Source: an uncultured Acidobacteriota bacterium (GTDB lineage: Bacteria > Acidobacteriota > Thermoanaerobaculia > UBA5066 > DATFVB01). From it: a stretch of 64,000 bases of DNA. Each line of letters begins with the position of its first letter. The first letter of the stretch is position 1. The DNA is taken from the NCBI GenBank assembly GCA_963813155.1, contig CAWEYG010000002.1, positions 352,001 to 416,000 of the forward strand, read 5' to 3'. Made by a program: the position numbers and the translations under genes. The notes below the pieces were generated by a model, which saw nothing but the letters and a program-made list of their open reading frames with translations, was not told the DNA's origin and searched no databases. Of this stretch, positions 29,003-41,667 are shown in pieces.

Positions 29003-29982
29003 GCTTCCTCGCCGCAGCCGCAGCCGCCCTCAATCTGCTCGCCGCCCACCCCGATTCGAAAACGGAGTGGTGGTACTACACGGGGCAACTCCAGGCGGCG
29101 AGCGGAAGGCAATTCGGATTCGAGTTGACGTTCTTCCGCGTGAAGCTTCCCGACGGCGACGACATCGACGCCGCGCATTTCGCGCTGAGCGATCTTTCGC
29201 GCAGGCAATTCACGTTCCAGGAGAAGCTGCACCGGCCGTTTCCGGGAATCGCCGGCGCGGATTCTGAGAAGCTCTTCGTGTTCAACGAGAGCTGGGAAGT
29301 CCGCGAGAAGGCGGGACGCCACGTGCTGAGGGCCGGAAACGGCAAAAACGCCGTCGAGCTGGAGCTCACCCCCTCGACGCCGCCGATCCTGAACGGGATC
29401 GGCGGGATCTCCCGGAAGGGCCCCGGAGCCGACGATTATTCGCACTACGTCTCGATCCCGCGTCTCGAGGCCAGGGGAACGATGACGGCCGGCGGCGAGT
29501 CGGAGCACGTTTCCGGAATCGCCTGGTTCGATCACGAGTTCGGGCCGGGCGGGCTTCCGGCGGGGCTCGCCGGGTGGGACTGGTTCTCGGCGCAGCTCTC
29601 CGACGGAACGGCGCTCATGCTGTATCGACTGCGGCTCCGGGACGGTTCGGTCTCGGACTTTTCCTCGGGAACGTTCGTCGACGCCGGCGGAAAAGCAACG
29701 AGCCTCTCGAAACCCGATTTTCAGGTTCGCGCGACCGGGAGCTGGACCTCGTCGAAGACTCGCGCGACGTATCCCTCGGGTTGGGTCGTGACCGTCCCGT
29801 CCCGGAGCATCGAGCTGAAGATCGCGCCCCGTCTCGCCGACCAGGAGCTCGTGACGTCGAACTCCACGCGCGTCACGTACTGGGAAGGAGCCTGCTCCGT
29901 GTCCGGCATGCGAGCCAGACGGCCGATCACCGGGACGAGCTACGTCGAGCTGACGGGATACGCGGGGAAGGACTTACCCTGA
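28999..29982 (+). CDS. AttH/CrtC-like lipocalin-fold protein
   Basis: HPDSKTEWWYYTG, AWFDHEF, GWDWFS, YWEG, YVELTGY; GTGA overlap with the permease. Confidence 0.88.
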   Translation: MSFLAAAAAALNLLAAHPDSKTEWWYYTGQLQAASGRQFGFELTFFRVKLPDGDDIDAAHFALSDLSRRQFTFQEKLHRPFPGIAGADSEKLFVFNESWEVREKAGRHVLRAGNGKNAVELELTPSTPPILNGIGGISRKGPGADDYSHYVSIPRLEARGTMTAGGESEHVSGIAWFDHEFGPGGLPAGLAGWDWFSAQLSDGTALMLYRLRLRDGSVSDFSSGTFVDAGGKATSLSKPDFQVRATGSWTSSKTRATYPSGWVVTVPSRSIELKIAPRLADQELVTSNSTRVTYWEGACSVSGMRARRPITGTSYVELTGYAGKDLP

Positions 29983-29989
29983 GCTTCGC

Positions 29990-30413
29990 TCAGGGTCTCC
30001 AGCCGGCGAGAATGCACCCCATGACGACGAACGAGACGAGCTGGTAAGCCGCGTCGATCATGAACCCGGAAATCTTCACGATCGAATAGAGGTTGTGGAC
30101 GAGCAGGATCGTCGCCACGAACCCGATCGCCGACGAGGACCCCGAGCTTCGCCCCCTGCATCGCCGCGTGCAGGTTCAGGTAGGAAACGAGAATCGAGAA
30201 CGCGGCGCACGTCACGAGGTTCGCGAGGAAATTCCACACGAGCGCCTTCGCCATTCCCTGCTTCTTCATCTCCGCCATCTGTTCCGTCGTGTAACCGCGC
30301 GCGGCGACCCAGGGTTTCGAGAACAGGGTCGTGTACCAGAGCGCCCCGAGGACGAAGACGGCGACCGTGGAAACGAGAACCGGGAGCCAGGAGATCTGCT
30401 GAAGCGCTTGCAT
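29990..30413 (-). CDS. DUF1761 family membrane protein; frameshift near 30130
   Basis: SWLPVLVS...LGALWY..LFSKPW; C-terminus IDAAYQLVSFVVMGCILAGW in a shifted frame. Confidence 0.8.
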
Positions 30414-30463
30414 CGAGTGCCCCTTTCTGCGTTCCGCGGAATTCTACACCGTCGGAGCGCCCG

Positions 30464-31574
30464 TCACTCCGGAAAATCGGACGCGTCGATCCCCGGAATC
30501 ACGTGCAGCGCGTTCTTGTAGTAGATCCGCCGCAGAACCGCGTCGGGAAGCCCCAGCCCGTAGACCCTCCAGAACGCGTGCCGCTTCCGGTCCGACTCGA
30601 AATATTCGTCGTCGGTCTCGAGCAGGCGGAAGTAGAAGGCGTACTCCGACGCCGCCCAGGTGTCCTTCCCGAACATCACGCGGTCGGAGTACTTCTCCAG
30701 GAACGCGCGCGCGTTGCGCGGCTGCCGGCCCAGCTCGGAAGGGACGGCGGCGATTTCCGTATAGACGTTCGGCAGGCGGTCGAGCAGACTCCCCAGGCGA
30801 GCGAGGTCTCCGCCGAGCCAGCCGAGATGCGCGGCGATGAATTTCGTCTTCGGGTGCTTCGCGAACATCCGGTGCTGCTCCGCCATCACGCCCTCCCAGG
30901 TCGGATATTTCTCGGGGGGACGGGCGCGGTAGGGAAACTGCTTCAGCTCCAGCCAACGCTCGTTGAAGCGGTCGATCGGGTCGAAGAAGGGCTTCGGCTC
31001 GCCCGAGTGGATGAGCACCGGAATTCCGAGCTCGCCGCACTTCTCCCAGACCGGGTCGAGCCGCGGGTCGTCGACGGCAACGCGCCCGCCCTGGGAGTCC
31101 TTCGCGGTCAATCCCAGGTTCTTGAAGATCTTCAGTCCCTGCGCCCCGTGACGAACGTCCTCCTCCAGCTGGGCCACCGCACGGGCCGTCCACTTCGGGT
31201 CGTCGATCCCGTCGAAATTGAGGTTCGCGAAAACGACGAACCGCTTCGGATGCCTCCCTTTCAGGTTTCGATAGCCCTTGAGGAATTCGGCCCCCTGGTC
31301 GCCGCTCAAGTTGACCATCACCTTCATGTTGAGCGCGTCCATCTCGCGAACCATCTGGGCGACCTGCTCCGCGCTCTGATCCCGCTCCTGGTGGTTGTGG
31401 ACGTCGATGAAGGGGAATTTCGCCCGGGTGGGGTGATGCTCGGGGACGACCAAAGACGACTTCGGCTCGTACTCCTCGAACGACAGCGTCTGGGCGAGAG
31501 CGGGAACGCTTCGCAGAGCAAGCACGGCGAGCGCCGACCCGAGAAACCAGAGAGAGCATTCCGTGTCGTCTCAT
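30464..31574 (-). CDS. Secreted amidohydrolase family protein; probable frameshift in the signal peptide
   Basis: IDVHNH, GLKIFK, VLIHSG, IAAHLG, VMFGKD, IYYKNA. Confidence 0.88.
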
Positions 31575-31602
31575 TCGAGATTTCCTCCCCGAGCTTCGAA
31601 TT

Positions 31603-33872
31603 CTATTCGGCGGACCGCCCTCCGCGCATCCCGCGGAGCGAAATCGCGCAGCCGAGCAGCGTCGCGAGCGAAGCAAACATTCCCCAGGGGACGAGCGGAT
31701 TGCGATACTCGAACACGATCCGGTGGCGGCCGGCCGGCAGCGCGACGGCCTGGAACGCGAAGTCCGCCGGAACGACGCGAGTCTCGCGCCCGTCGACGCT
31801 CGCGGTCCAATTCGGGTCGAACGTCTCGGACCGCACGAGAAGCGCCGGCGAAGAAGCCGTCGCGTCGACGACCTCCCGGCCGGGTCCCGCCTCGGCCGCC
31901 GAGGCCCCGCCGAAGCCCTCGGCGGTCAGCGGCGGGGCGGCTCCCTCGACGATCGCCTCCGATTCGGGATCGAACGCCGGATCCGCGAGAGCGGCGCGCG
32001 CCGAGGTCTCGTCCGGAACGACCCGGGCGCCGAACACGACGCGCAGGCGGCGTCCTCCCGCCAGCGCTCCCAGCACGCGCCCGGCCGAAGTCTCCGCGAG
32101 AGGCTCCATCCCGGCAACGAGCGCCGCCGCCGGATCGCTCGTCGAAACGGAGGTGACGCCGGCGAGCCGCAGGAGCGCGGCCTTTCGCGGGTCGGCAAAC
32201 GAGAGCCGGGAGAGATCGAGCGAGAAGAAAAACGACCGCCGTGGAGAAAAGCGGTCGATGTCGTTGTTCCCGGCGAACGACAGCCCCCAAACGGCGGGCC
32301 GCATCGGGCGCAGGGGATCGAGCGCGATTTCGGCCTCCCGATCGTAGAACAGGCGACCCCCGGCCTTCCGCGCCGAAAGGGCGGCCGGGGGCGCAGTGTC
32401 GTAGAACGACGCCGGCGCGAAGGACAGCGAATCGAATCCGCGCGTGAAGAGCTCGAAGAGAAGGAGCACGGCGACGCCGCCGCGGCGCGCCCGGCGGGCC
32501 GGACGAAAGAGAGCCGCCGCTCCGCCGAGGAGGGCGTAGCCGGCCACCTGCAGGAAGTCGTTCGAGATCGCGGCGAGAATCGACGCGGGAGGAGGCCGCG
32601 AGATCGGGCGAGACGATTCGGGCCGCGAGGAGACTCCGGAGCGAGAATCCGGGAGCCGCGCCGACGACCGCCGCCGCGGCGAGCGAGGCCGACGCGATGA
32701 CAACCGCGCTCGCGATCACCGACCTCCGTGCTCCGCCGTCGCCCGACCGAAGCGCCTCCAGCCCGACGGCCGCCGCCGCGAGCGCGGCGAAGGCAGCGAA
32801 AAAGAGCCATTTTTCCGGGTAGCGGAGCGAGGAGAGGCCCGGCCGGGACAGCAGCCAGCTCCCGCCCGGAAAAAACCGCCCCATCGACGCGACGGCCGCG
32901 ACGCCGGCGACGAACAGCAGCGATCGGCCGAGCCGGTCGCGCGCGGCCGCGGCAAGCAGCAGCAGCGCCGCCGTTCCGATCGCGAGGCTGAAGATGTAGG
33001 GCAACCCGGCATCGAAAAACGCGTGGCCCCAGTAACCCGCGCGGTCGGGCGACATCACGTCGCCGAACAGCCCCGGCCAGAGAACCGAAAATGCCCGAAG
33101 GGGGCGAACCGAAAAGTAGGCGGGCCCGGAAGAGGTCGACAGGCCGGCGCCGCGAACCGTCTTTCCAAACAGCCCCGCCGCAGCGACGATCTGCGGAGCG
33201 CCGGCGAGCATGCCGATCGCGAGCGGGGCCCCCATCGAGCGCGCCGCGCCTCCTGCCGTTCGCCGCGCGGCCCCGAAATGCGGCGAAAAGCACTCCCAGC
33301 AGGCAAAACTCGATTGCCACCACCGGCTCACCGGACAGGATCGCGAGGCCCAGGACGACGCCCGCGAGCACCGAACTCTTTCGGGTCGGGCTCCCGACGA
33401 GCGCGAGGTAAGGGAGGAACAGCGCGACAATCCAACCCGTCGAAGGAAACGACGCGAGAGACAGGGCCGGGCCCGAAACGGCCGCGGCCGCGGCGAGGAT
33501 CGACGCGGAGAAAGGCGAAAGGCGCAGGCCTCTCAACCCGGCATAGACGAGCAGCGGAAGCGCCAGGGCCGAAGCCACGAAGCCGGCGCGCACGGCGGAG
33601 GAGAAGGGGCGCAGAAGAAAGAGCCATGTCGCCGGAAAGAAGACGGAATGGTTCGGGTCCGCGGCCATCGGAATTCCGCAGCCGATCGTCGGGTTCCACA
33701 GCGGCGAGGCTCCGTGGCGGATCGCCTCCGAAAACGCGAACCGCAGCGGCGCGAAGAAGAATCCGAAGTCCCGCGCATAAAAAACGAGGCCGCCGAAAAT
33801 CGAGCGGCCCCAGAACGCCAGCGTCCAGAGAACGAGGAACCCGACGGCGAGGCGGTCCCCCCGGGTCTTCAG
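31603..33872 (-). CDS. YfhO-like polytopic membrane protein (GT-C type); several frameshifts, start uncertain
   Basis: RDFGFFFAP...PLWNPTIGCGIPMAADPN...LRYPEK...SETFDPNWTASVDG...ADFAFQAVALPAGRHRIVFEY. Confidence 0.8.
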
Positions 33873-33877
33873 AATTC

Positions 33878-34303
33878 CTACCTCTTCGTTTCCACCGTCA
33901 CGTAGAAATACCGGGCCCGGTCGAGATTTCGGAAAACGTGGTGGAACGCGATCGTGAACTCGTCGCGAGCGCCCTTGTTGAGGTCGCCGATCTTGACCCC
34001 GCCGTCGCCGGCGGCGATCAGATGGTCGTCGGCGTCGAAGATCGCGATCGCGACGCCGGGAACCACGTCGCTCGAGGAATCATTGTCGACGCGCACGGTC
34101 GCGCGCGACGTCGAGATGCGGCTCGGCCGGAGAACCGAACCGAGGTCGAACGTCACCTGTTTGACCGTGATTCCGTTCTCCGTCCAGTTGAGGATCTGCG
34201 CGCCCTTTTGCGGAGACCAGTCGAATTTCTTCGTCCAGACTCCCGCCGAGGCGGTCGCCGAAACGGAGACGGCGATTGCGAGGATCGAGGCGAGTCGTTT
34301 CAT
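33878..34303 (-). CDS. Secreted hypothetical protein (beta-rich)
   Basis: RBS GGAGG; signal peptide MKRLASILAIAVSVSATASA. Confidence 0.7.
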   Translation of the reverse strand: MKRLASILAIAVSVSATASAGVWTKKFDWSPQKGAQILNWTENGITVKQVTFDLGSVLRPSRISTSRATVRVDNDSSSDVVPGVAIAIFDADDHLIAAGDGGVKIGDLNKGARDEFTIAFHHVFRNLDRARYFYVTVETKR

Positions 34304-34350
34304 GTATTCCCTCCGGGCCCTAGGGTAGCAAAAAACGTGCAGGCCGTTCG

Positions 34351-35916
<1,566 letters not shown>

Positions 35917-35928
35917 TCTCGGGAAAGC

Positions 35929-36777
35929 CTAACTGAATTCAGGCAGCGTGTCATCCCCATTCACTCCTCGACGATTCACGCAGCGTGTCATCGCTGCAGG
36001 ACGCGGAGATCGCCGAGGCGAATCCGGACCCGGCCGAGGTCGATTCCCGCTTGCTTCGGTGAATCGACTCCGGTCCGCGAATGACTCGGTCCGCAGTCCG
36101 CGCGGCGGTAACTCGGCGAGCGTGGCGATCCGCTCTTCGACGCCCGAATGTCGTCCCTCCCGGTCGAGCAGGATCGCCGAGAGACCCGCCGCGCGGGCGC
36201 CGCGGTAGTCCTCCTCGAACGAGTCGCCGACGTGAAGAGCCTCGTCGCCCCGGAGGCCGAGCCGCGCGCACGCCCGGTGAAAGATCTCCGCGTGCGGCTT
36301 GGCCGTCTTTTCGACCGCCGAGATCAGGATCGCGGAGAAGCTCTCCTCGAGGCCGTGCGCTTCGAGCAGGCCCGCGAGGGTCGAATCCCAGTTCGAAACG
36401 ATCGCCATCCGAAATCCCCGCTCGCGCAGCGAGGAGAGCGCGGGCGCGACGTCCGGGTAGACCGACCACGACCCGGGCAGAACGAAGTGCGCGACGAGCT
36501 CGGAAAAACACCGGTCGGAGAGGGATCCGCGGTCGAGGTGGTGCCGCGCCCGACGGACGAACGCCTCCCAGAAGCCCCGCTCGCCGGTCGCTCCCCCGAA
36601 ACGGTTCGGAAGCGTGCGCTCGCGGATCTCCCGCCAGGTCGATTCCAGCGCCGCCGCCAGATCGCCCGGCGAGCATTGCGCGCCGTCGCGCACAAAGGCC
36701 TCGAAGTAGACCTGCTCGACGGGGGGATCGGCGTGGAGAAGGGTCGCGCCCGCGTCGAAGAGAATGCCCCGGATCAT
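35929..36777 (-). CDS. HAD-IA family hydrolase
   Basis: FDAGATL, VSNWD, KP..EIF, HVGDSFEEDYRGA. Confidence 0.88.
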   Translation of the reverse strand: MIRGILFDAGATLLHADPPVEQVYFEAFVRDGAQCSPGDLAAALESTWREIRERTLPNRFGGATGERGFWEAFVRRARHHLDRGSLSDRCFSELVAHFVLPGSWSVYPDVAPALSSLRERGFRMAIVSNWDSTLAGLLEAHGLEESFSAILISAVEKTAKPHAEIFHRACARLGLRGDEALHVGDSFEEDYRGARAAGLSAILLDREGRHSGVEERIATLAELPPRGLRTESFADRSRFTEASGNRPRPGPDSPRRSPRPAAMTRCVNRRGVNGDDTLPEFS

Positions 36778-36796
36778 CCGGCCGCCGCCTTCCGCC

Positions 36797-37573
36797 TCAA
36801 GGCATCACCTGGCCGCCGTCGAGGACGATCGCCTGGCCCGTCAGGTTCCGGGCGTCGTCCGAAGCGATGTAAGCGGCGAGCCCCGCGATTTCCGACGGCT
36901 CCAGGACGCGGCCGAGAGGCGCCATCCGTGCGCAGATCGCGCGCGCCTCCTCGATGGAAACCGACGAGCGCTCCGCGATGCGCCGGTATCCGTCGCGAGC
37001 CATTTCCGTTTCGACCCAGCCGGGACAGATCGCGTTGACCGTGATCCGGCGGGGAGCCAGCTCGAGGGCCATCGTCCGGGTCAGGCCGACGATCCCGTGC
37101 TTTGCCGACGCGTAAGCGGCGTACCCCGGCACGCCGAATCGGCCGAGAACCGACGACTGGTTGATGATCCTCCCGCCGTCGGGCATCGAGGGCAGCGCCG
37201 CCCGGCTGACGCGGAACGCCGAGGTGAGGCTCGAGGCGAGAATCGCGTCCCACCGCTCCTCCGCGGCGGGGTCGGTATCGAGCGGCGTCAAACCGGAGGA
37301 CCCTGCATTGTTGACGAGAATGTCGATTCTTCCCCACGTTTCGACCGCGCGCGCGATCGCGGGAGCGAACGACTCCCGCACGGTCACGTCGCAAGGCGCG
37401 GCGAGCGCTTCGCCTCCGCGCGATCGGATCTCCGACGCGACGCGCTCGCACTCGTCGGCCGAGCGCGCCGCGACGCACACGCGCGAGCCCTCCCGGGCGA
37501 ACCGGTCTGCGATCGCCGCGCCGATCCCCCGGGAAGCCCCGGTGATGAACGCGACTTTGCCGGCGAGACGCAT
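36797..37573 (-). CDS. Short-chain dehydrogenase/reductase
   Basis: TGASRGIG, NNAG, YASAK, ICPGWVET. Confidence 0.92.
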   Translation of the reverse strand: MRLAGKVAFITGASRGIGAAIADRFAREGSRVCVAARSADECERVASEIRSRGGEALAAPCDVTVRESFAPAIARAVETWGRIDILVNNAGSSGLTPLDTDPAAEERWDAILASSLTSAFRVSRAALPSMPDGGRIINQSSVLGRFGVPGYAAYASAKHGIVGLTRTMALELAPRRITVNAICPGWVETEMARDGYRRIAERSSVSIEEARAICARMAPLGRVLEPSEIAGLAAYIASDDARNLTGQAIVLDGGQVMP

Positions 37574-37597
37574 CGATTTCGAGATTATCATCCGGCG

Positions 37598-38020
37598 ATG
37601 CCGAAGAAACCCTGGGCCGCCCTCCTTCTGATTTCGGCCGCCTGCTCGACGGGGGCTCCGACCGCCCCGTCCCCCGCGGCGAGCGCGCCCGCTGCCGCGG
37701 CCGTCCAGCCGCCTCCGTCCGCGCCCGAGGAGCGGGCGGCAAAGCCCGCGCAATTTCTGCCGACGACCGTCTATTCGGGGGGAGACGGAAGCTCCATCGA
37801 GCAGGCTGTCACCGTGATGGCGGACAGCGAGCAGGCGGGGGTGCAGCGGGAGATGGAATGGATCTTCGCGCGCTACGGCAAGTTCCGAAAGACCGGAGTC
37901 GGCCTGGCGACCGTCGAGCAGCGAAAGTTCGACGCGGTCCGCGTGGAGCTGGCGGACCATTCCGAAAGGGAGATTTTCTTCGATATCACCTCGTTCTTCG
38001 GGAAGAGCGACGATAAATGA
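37598..38020 (+). CDS. Putative lipoprotein
   Basis: Lipobox-like ISAAC, Ala/Pro linker and small C-domain SGGDGSSIEQAV...FFDITSFFGK. Confidence 0.7.
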   Translation: MPKKPWAALLLISAACSTGAPTAPSPAASAPAAAAVQPPPSAPEERAAKPAQFLPTTVYSGGDGSSIEQAVTVMADSEQAGVQREMEWIFARYGKFRKTGVGLATVEQRKFDAVRVELADHSEREIFFDITSFFGKSDDK

Positions 38021-38056
38021 GGGGTTTGACAGGCGATTGGCTGGTGGGGACGAAGA

Positions 38057-38078
38057 GCTTGTGATAGATTTCACAAGC
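38057..38078. promoter_or_regulatory. CRP/FNR-family operator
   Basis: GCTTGTGA-TAGATT-TCACAAGC, containing the exact TGTGA-N6-TCACA consensus. Confidence 0.65.
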
Positions 38079-38219
38079 GTACGGCGATTAATTACATTTT
38101 TGTGTTGACTGAACGGGCGCTCGGCCCCAGACTGTTTCGCAATTCAGGGCCGCCGCGACGAGCCTCAATTTCGCGACTTGCCGATTCGGCGGACATCGTA
38201 CTGAGGAGGGATCCCGGAA

Positions 38220-39093
38220 ATGAAGAAGGTTCTGGCACTCGGAATCAGCCTGGCGCTGGCAGCTGCTGCAACAGCCGCGCCCAAAGAAACGAACGGACAT
38301 TGGGTCCACGAATACCCGGCGAAGTCGGAGGGGGCCACCCACGGTGCGCGTCCGGGCTCGAACCAGATCACTTATCAGGGCGGCGAAGTCCTTTACGCCG
38401 CGAAGGTCGTCCCGATCTACTGGGGAGCCTACTGGGGCAGCGGCACCGGCGCGACCGAGCGCGCGACGATGAACAGCTTCTACGAACAATACGGAACGAA
38501 CTCCCACTACGGCGTGATCACCCAGTATTACGACACCGTCACGGGCGAGCACGCGCTACATCGGCCTTTCGACCCTCCTGAACGCGGGAAACGACTATTA
38601 CGACTCGTCCGCCCCTCCGACGAACGTCACCGACGCGATCGTCCAGAGTGAAGTGAACAAGTACCTCTCGAACGGCCATACGTGGAACAACGAGACGATC
38701 TACGAGGTCTTCATTCCTCCGACCTCGTACTCCTCCGACGGAAGCTCGACGTCCTGCGGCGGGCCGCACCTGGCCTATTGCGCGTATCACGGAAGCTACA
38801 CCGGCGGCTCGGGCTCCGGAACCGGCAATGGCAAGAGCATCAAGTATTCGATCGAGCCGTATCCGAACTGCTCCGGCTGCGCGGCGAGCGGCTTCACCAC
38901 CCTTCAGAACGCCCAGCACTTCGCCTGCCACGAAACCCGCGAGGCGGTGACGGACCCCGTCAATGCCTGGTGGAACACGCGAAGCGGATACGAAGCCGAC
39001 GACGAGTGTGCCTGGAGCCCGGCGCCGTTCCTCGATGGCGGCTACGGCTACCAGTACGAGTGGTCCAACAAGGCCAACGCCTGCGTCAAGTAA
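38220..39093 (+). CDS. Secreted Phi-1/EXORDIUM-like protein, copy 1; +1 frameshift near 38546
   Basis: Signal peptide; YQGGEVL...IYWG...CAYHG...HETREAVTDP...AWW...EADDEC. Confidence 0.75.
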
Positions 39094-39119
39094 GCCAGGA
39101 CCTTCTTCCGTAATTCTCA

Positions 39120-39143
39120 GGCCCCGGGCAACCGGGGCCTTTT
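39120..39143 (+). terminator. Rho-independent terminator
   Basis: GGCCCCGG-GCAA-CCGGGGCC-TTTT. Confidence 0.85.
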
Positions 39144-39243
39144 CATTTTCTTTATGCTCCGGACCCGGGCAAAATTCTTGCATGCACAGGCGGTCAATGG
39201 CACCCGCATACCGCGCCGCGCCAATCTGAGGAGGATCTCGGCC

Positions 39244-40113
39244 ATGAACAAAATCCTTATGTTCGGCCTCTGCCTCGCGCTCGCCGCTGCCGCGACCGCC
39301 GCGCCCAAAGAGACCAACGGGCACTGGGTTCACGAATATCCGGCGAAATCGCAGGCGGCCCCGACCCACGGGGGGCGCGTGACGCTTCTCACGTACCAGG
39401 GCGGAGAAGTGCTTTACGCGGCGAAAGTCGTTCCGATCTACTGGGGCGCCTACTGGGGAAGCGGCACCGGCGCGACCGAGCGCGCGACGATGAACAGTTT
39501 CTTCGAACAGTACGGCACGAACTCCCACTACGGCGTCATCACCCAGTATTACGACACCGTCACCGGGAGCACCCGATTCATCGGCCTTTCGACTCTCACG
39601 AACGCGGGTGACGACTACTACGACTCGTCCGCCCCTCCGACGAACGTCACCGACGCGGTCGTCCAGGGTGAAGTGAACAAGTACCTCTCGAACGGCCACA
39701 CGTGGAACGACGAGACGATCTACGAAGTCTTCATTCCCCCCACTTCGTACTCCTCGGACGGGACCTCGACGTCCTGCGGCGGGCCGCACCTGGCCTATTG
39801 CGCCTACCACGGAAGCTACACCGGCGGCTCGGCCTCCGGAACCGGCAACGGCAAGAGCATCAAGTATTCGATCGAGCCGTATCCGAACTGTTCCGGCTGC
39901 CAGGCGACCGGTTTCTCGACGATCCAGAACGCGCAGCATTTCGCCTGCCACGAGACCCGCGAAGCGGTGACCGATCCGGTCAACGCCTGGTGGGACACGA
40001 AGACCGGCGATGAGGCGGACGACAAGTGCGCCTGGAGCCCGGCTCCGTTCATCGACGGCGGTTTCGGCTACCAGTACGAGTGGTCGAACGCAGCAAGGGC
40101 CTGCGTCAAGTAA
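39244..40113 (+). CDS. Secreted Phi-1/EXORDIUM-like protein, copy 2
   Basis: Intact close paralog of copy 1; RBS GAGGAGG. Confidence 0.8.
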   Translation: MNKILMFGLCLALAAAATAAPKETNGHWVHEYPAKSQAAPTHGGRVTLLTYQGGEVLYAAKVVPIYWGAYWGSGTGATERATMNSFFEQYGTNSHYGVITQYYDTVTGSTRFIGLSTLTNAGDDYYDSSAPPTNVTDAVVQGEVNKYLSNGHTWNDETIYEVFIPPTSYSSDGTSTSCGGPHLAYCAYHGSYTGGSASGTGNGKSIKYSIEPYPNCSGCQATGFSTIQNAQHFACHETREAVTDPVNAWWDTKTGDEADDKCAWSPAPFIDGGFGYQYEWSNAARACVK

Positions 40114-40137
40114 GACCCGGTTCTTTCGATCTTCTCG

Positions 40138-40161
40138 GGCCCCGGGCAACCGGGGCCTTTT
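40138..40161 (+). terminator. Rho-independent terminator, identical hairpin to 39120
   Basis: GGCCCCGG-GCAA-CCGGGGCC-TTTT. Confidence 0.85.
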
Positions 40162-40197
40162 CTTTTGACGGCGGACCGGGAATCATAGGGCCGACTC

Positions 40198-41667
40198 ATG
40201 GCGGCCAAAAGCCCTCTCCTCCTGGCCCTCGACGCCGGCACGACCGGCAATCGCGCGCTCCTCTTCGACGCCGATCTCCACGTCGTCGCAAGCGCCTACC
40301 GGGAGCTCGGGCAAAGCTTCCCGCATCCCGGCTGGGTGGAGCACGACGCGGGAGAAATCTGGGAAAGCTGCCTCGCGGTCCTGCGCGAGACCCTGCGGAG
40401 CGTCGACGCTTCGCGCGTCGCCGCGCTCGGGATCGCGAATCAACGCGAGACGATCGTCGTCTGGAACAAGGAGACGGGAGAGCCCCTCGGCCCGGCAATC
40501 GTCTGGCAGGACCGGCGCACGGCCGAGGACTGCGATCGCCTGCGACAGCAGGGAGCCGAGCGGGCGATCCGCGAGAAAACTGGCCTGCGGCTCGACCCGT
40601 ATTTCTCCGCGACGAAGCTGGCGTGGATCTGCCGGAACCGCTCTCCGGGTCCCGACCATGTCGCGGGAACGATCGACTCCTGGCTCCTCTGGAACCTGAC
40701 GGGGGGACTTCTTCACGCGACCGACGTCTCGAATGCCTCCCGAACCCTCCTGTTCGATCTCGCGACGGGCGCGTGGGACCCGGCGCTCTGCGAGATGTTC
40801 GAGGTCCCCGAGCGAATGCTGCCCGCGATCTTCCCGACGGCGGGAGACTTCGGGGTCACGGAACCGTCGCTTTTCGGAACGCCGATCCCGATTCGGGCCG
40901 TCGTCGGAGACCAGCAGGGCGCGCTTTTCGGCCAGGCGTGTTTCGACCCCGGCGCGTCGAAAGCGACCTACGGGACGGGGCTGTTCCTCATGTCGCAGGC
41001 GGGCCCCGCGCGGCCCCGATCGGAAAACCTCCTCGCGACCGTCGCGTGGGATCTCGGGGACGGGATGCGCTATGCCCTCGAAGGGAGCGCTTTCGCCGCG
41101 GGAGCCGCGGTCGCCTGGCTTCGCGACGGCCTCGGAATCCTGGGGTCGGTCGAAGAATCGGACTCCCTCGCGCGTTCGGTGCCCGGCAACGGCGACGTGT
41201 ATTTCGTGCCCGCTCTCGCCGGCCTCGGAACGCCGCACTGGGACGCCTCGGCGCGCGGCCTCTTCCTCGGGCTCACGCGCGGGTCCGGGAGGGCGGAGCT
41301 CGTCCGCGCGGTGCTCGAATCGATCGCCTACCAGACCCGCGAGATCCTCGACCTGTTTGGCCGCGACCTCGGAACCGGGGTCGAGATCCTGAAGACCGAC
41401 GGCGGCGCGACGAAAAACGACTTCCTGCTCCAGTTCCAGGCCGACCTGCTCGGCATTCCCGTCGCGAGGGCCGCGATGCCGGAGCTGACGGCTCTCGGCG
41501 CCGCGGGAATCGCCGGAGTCGCGGCAGGAGTCTTCTCGTCACCCGCGGACTTCGCGCGGCGAAAATCGTCGGGGCGCGTGTTCGAGCCCTCGGGAGACCG
41601 ATCTCGCCTGGACGCGAACTATGTCCGCTGGCAGGACGCGGTCGCCCGGTCGAGGAACTGGGCGTGA
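40198..41667 (+). CDS. glpK: Glycerol kinase
   Basis: DAGTTG, PGWVEHD, NQRET, WQDRRT, DPYFSATK, GDQQ.ALFGQ, KATYGTG. Confidence 0.9.
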   Translation: MAAKSPLLLALDAGTTGNRALLFDADLHVVASAYRELGQSFPHPGWVEHDAGEIWESCLAVLRETLRSVDASRVAALGIANQRETIVVWNKETGEPLGPAIVWQDRRTAEDCDRLRQQGAERAIREKTGLRLDPYFSATKLAWICRNRSPGPDHVAGTIDSWLLWNLTGGLLHATDVSNASRTLLFDLATGAWDPALCEMFEVPERMLPAIFPTAGDFGVTEPSLFGTPIPIRAVVGDQQGALFGQACFDPGASKATYGTGLFLMSQAGPARPRSENLLATVAWDLGDGMRYALEGSAFAAGAAVAWLRDGLGILGSVEESDSLARSVPGNGDVYFVPALAGLGTPHWDASARGLFLGLTRGSGRAELVRAVLESIAYQTREILDLFGRDLGTGVEILKTDGGATKNDFLLQFQADLLGIPVARAAMPELTALGAAGIAGVAAGVFSSPADFARRKSSGRVFEPSGDRSRLDANYVRWQDAVARSRNWA

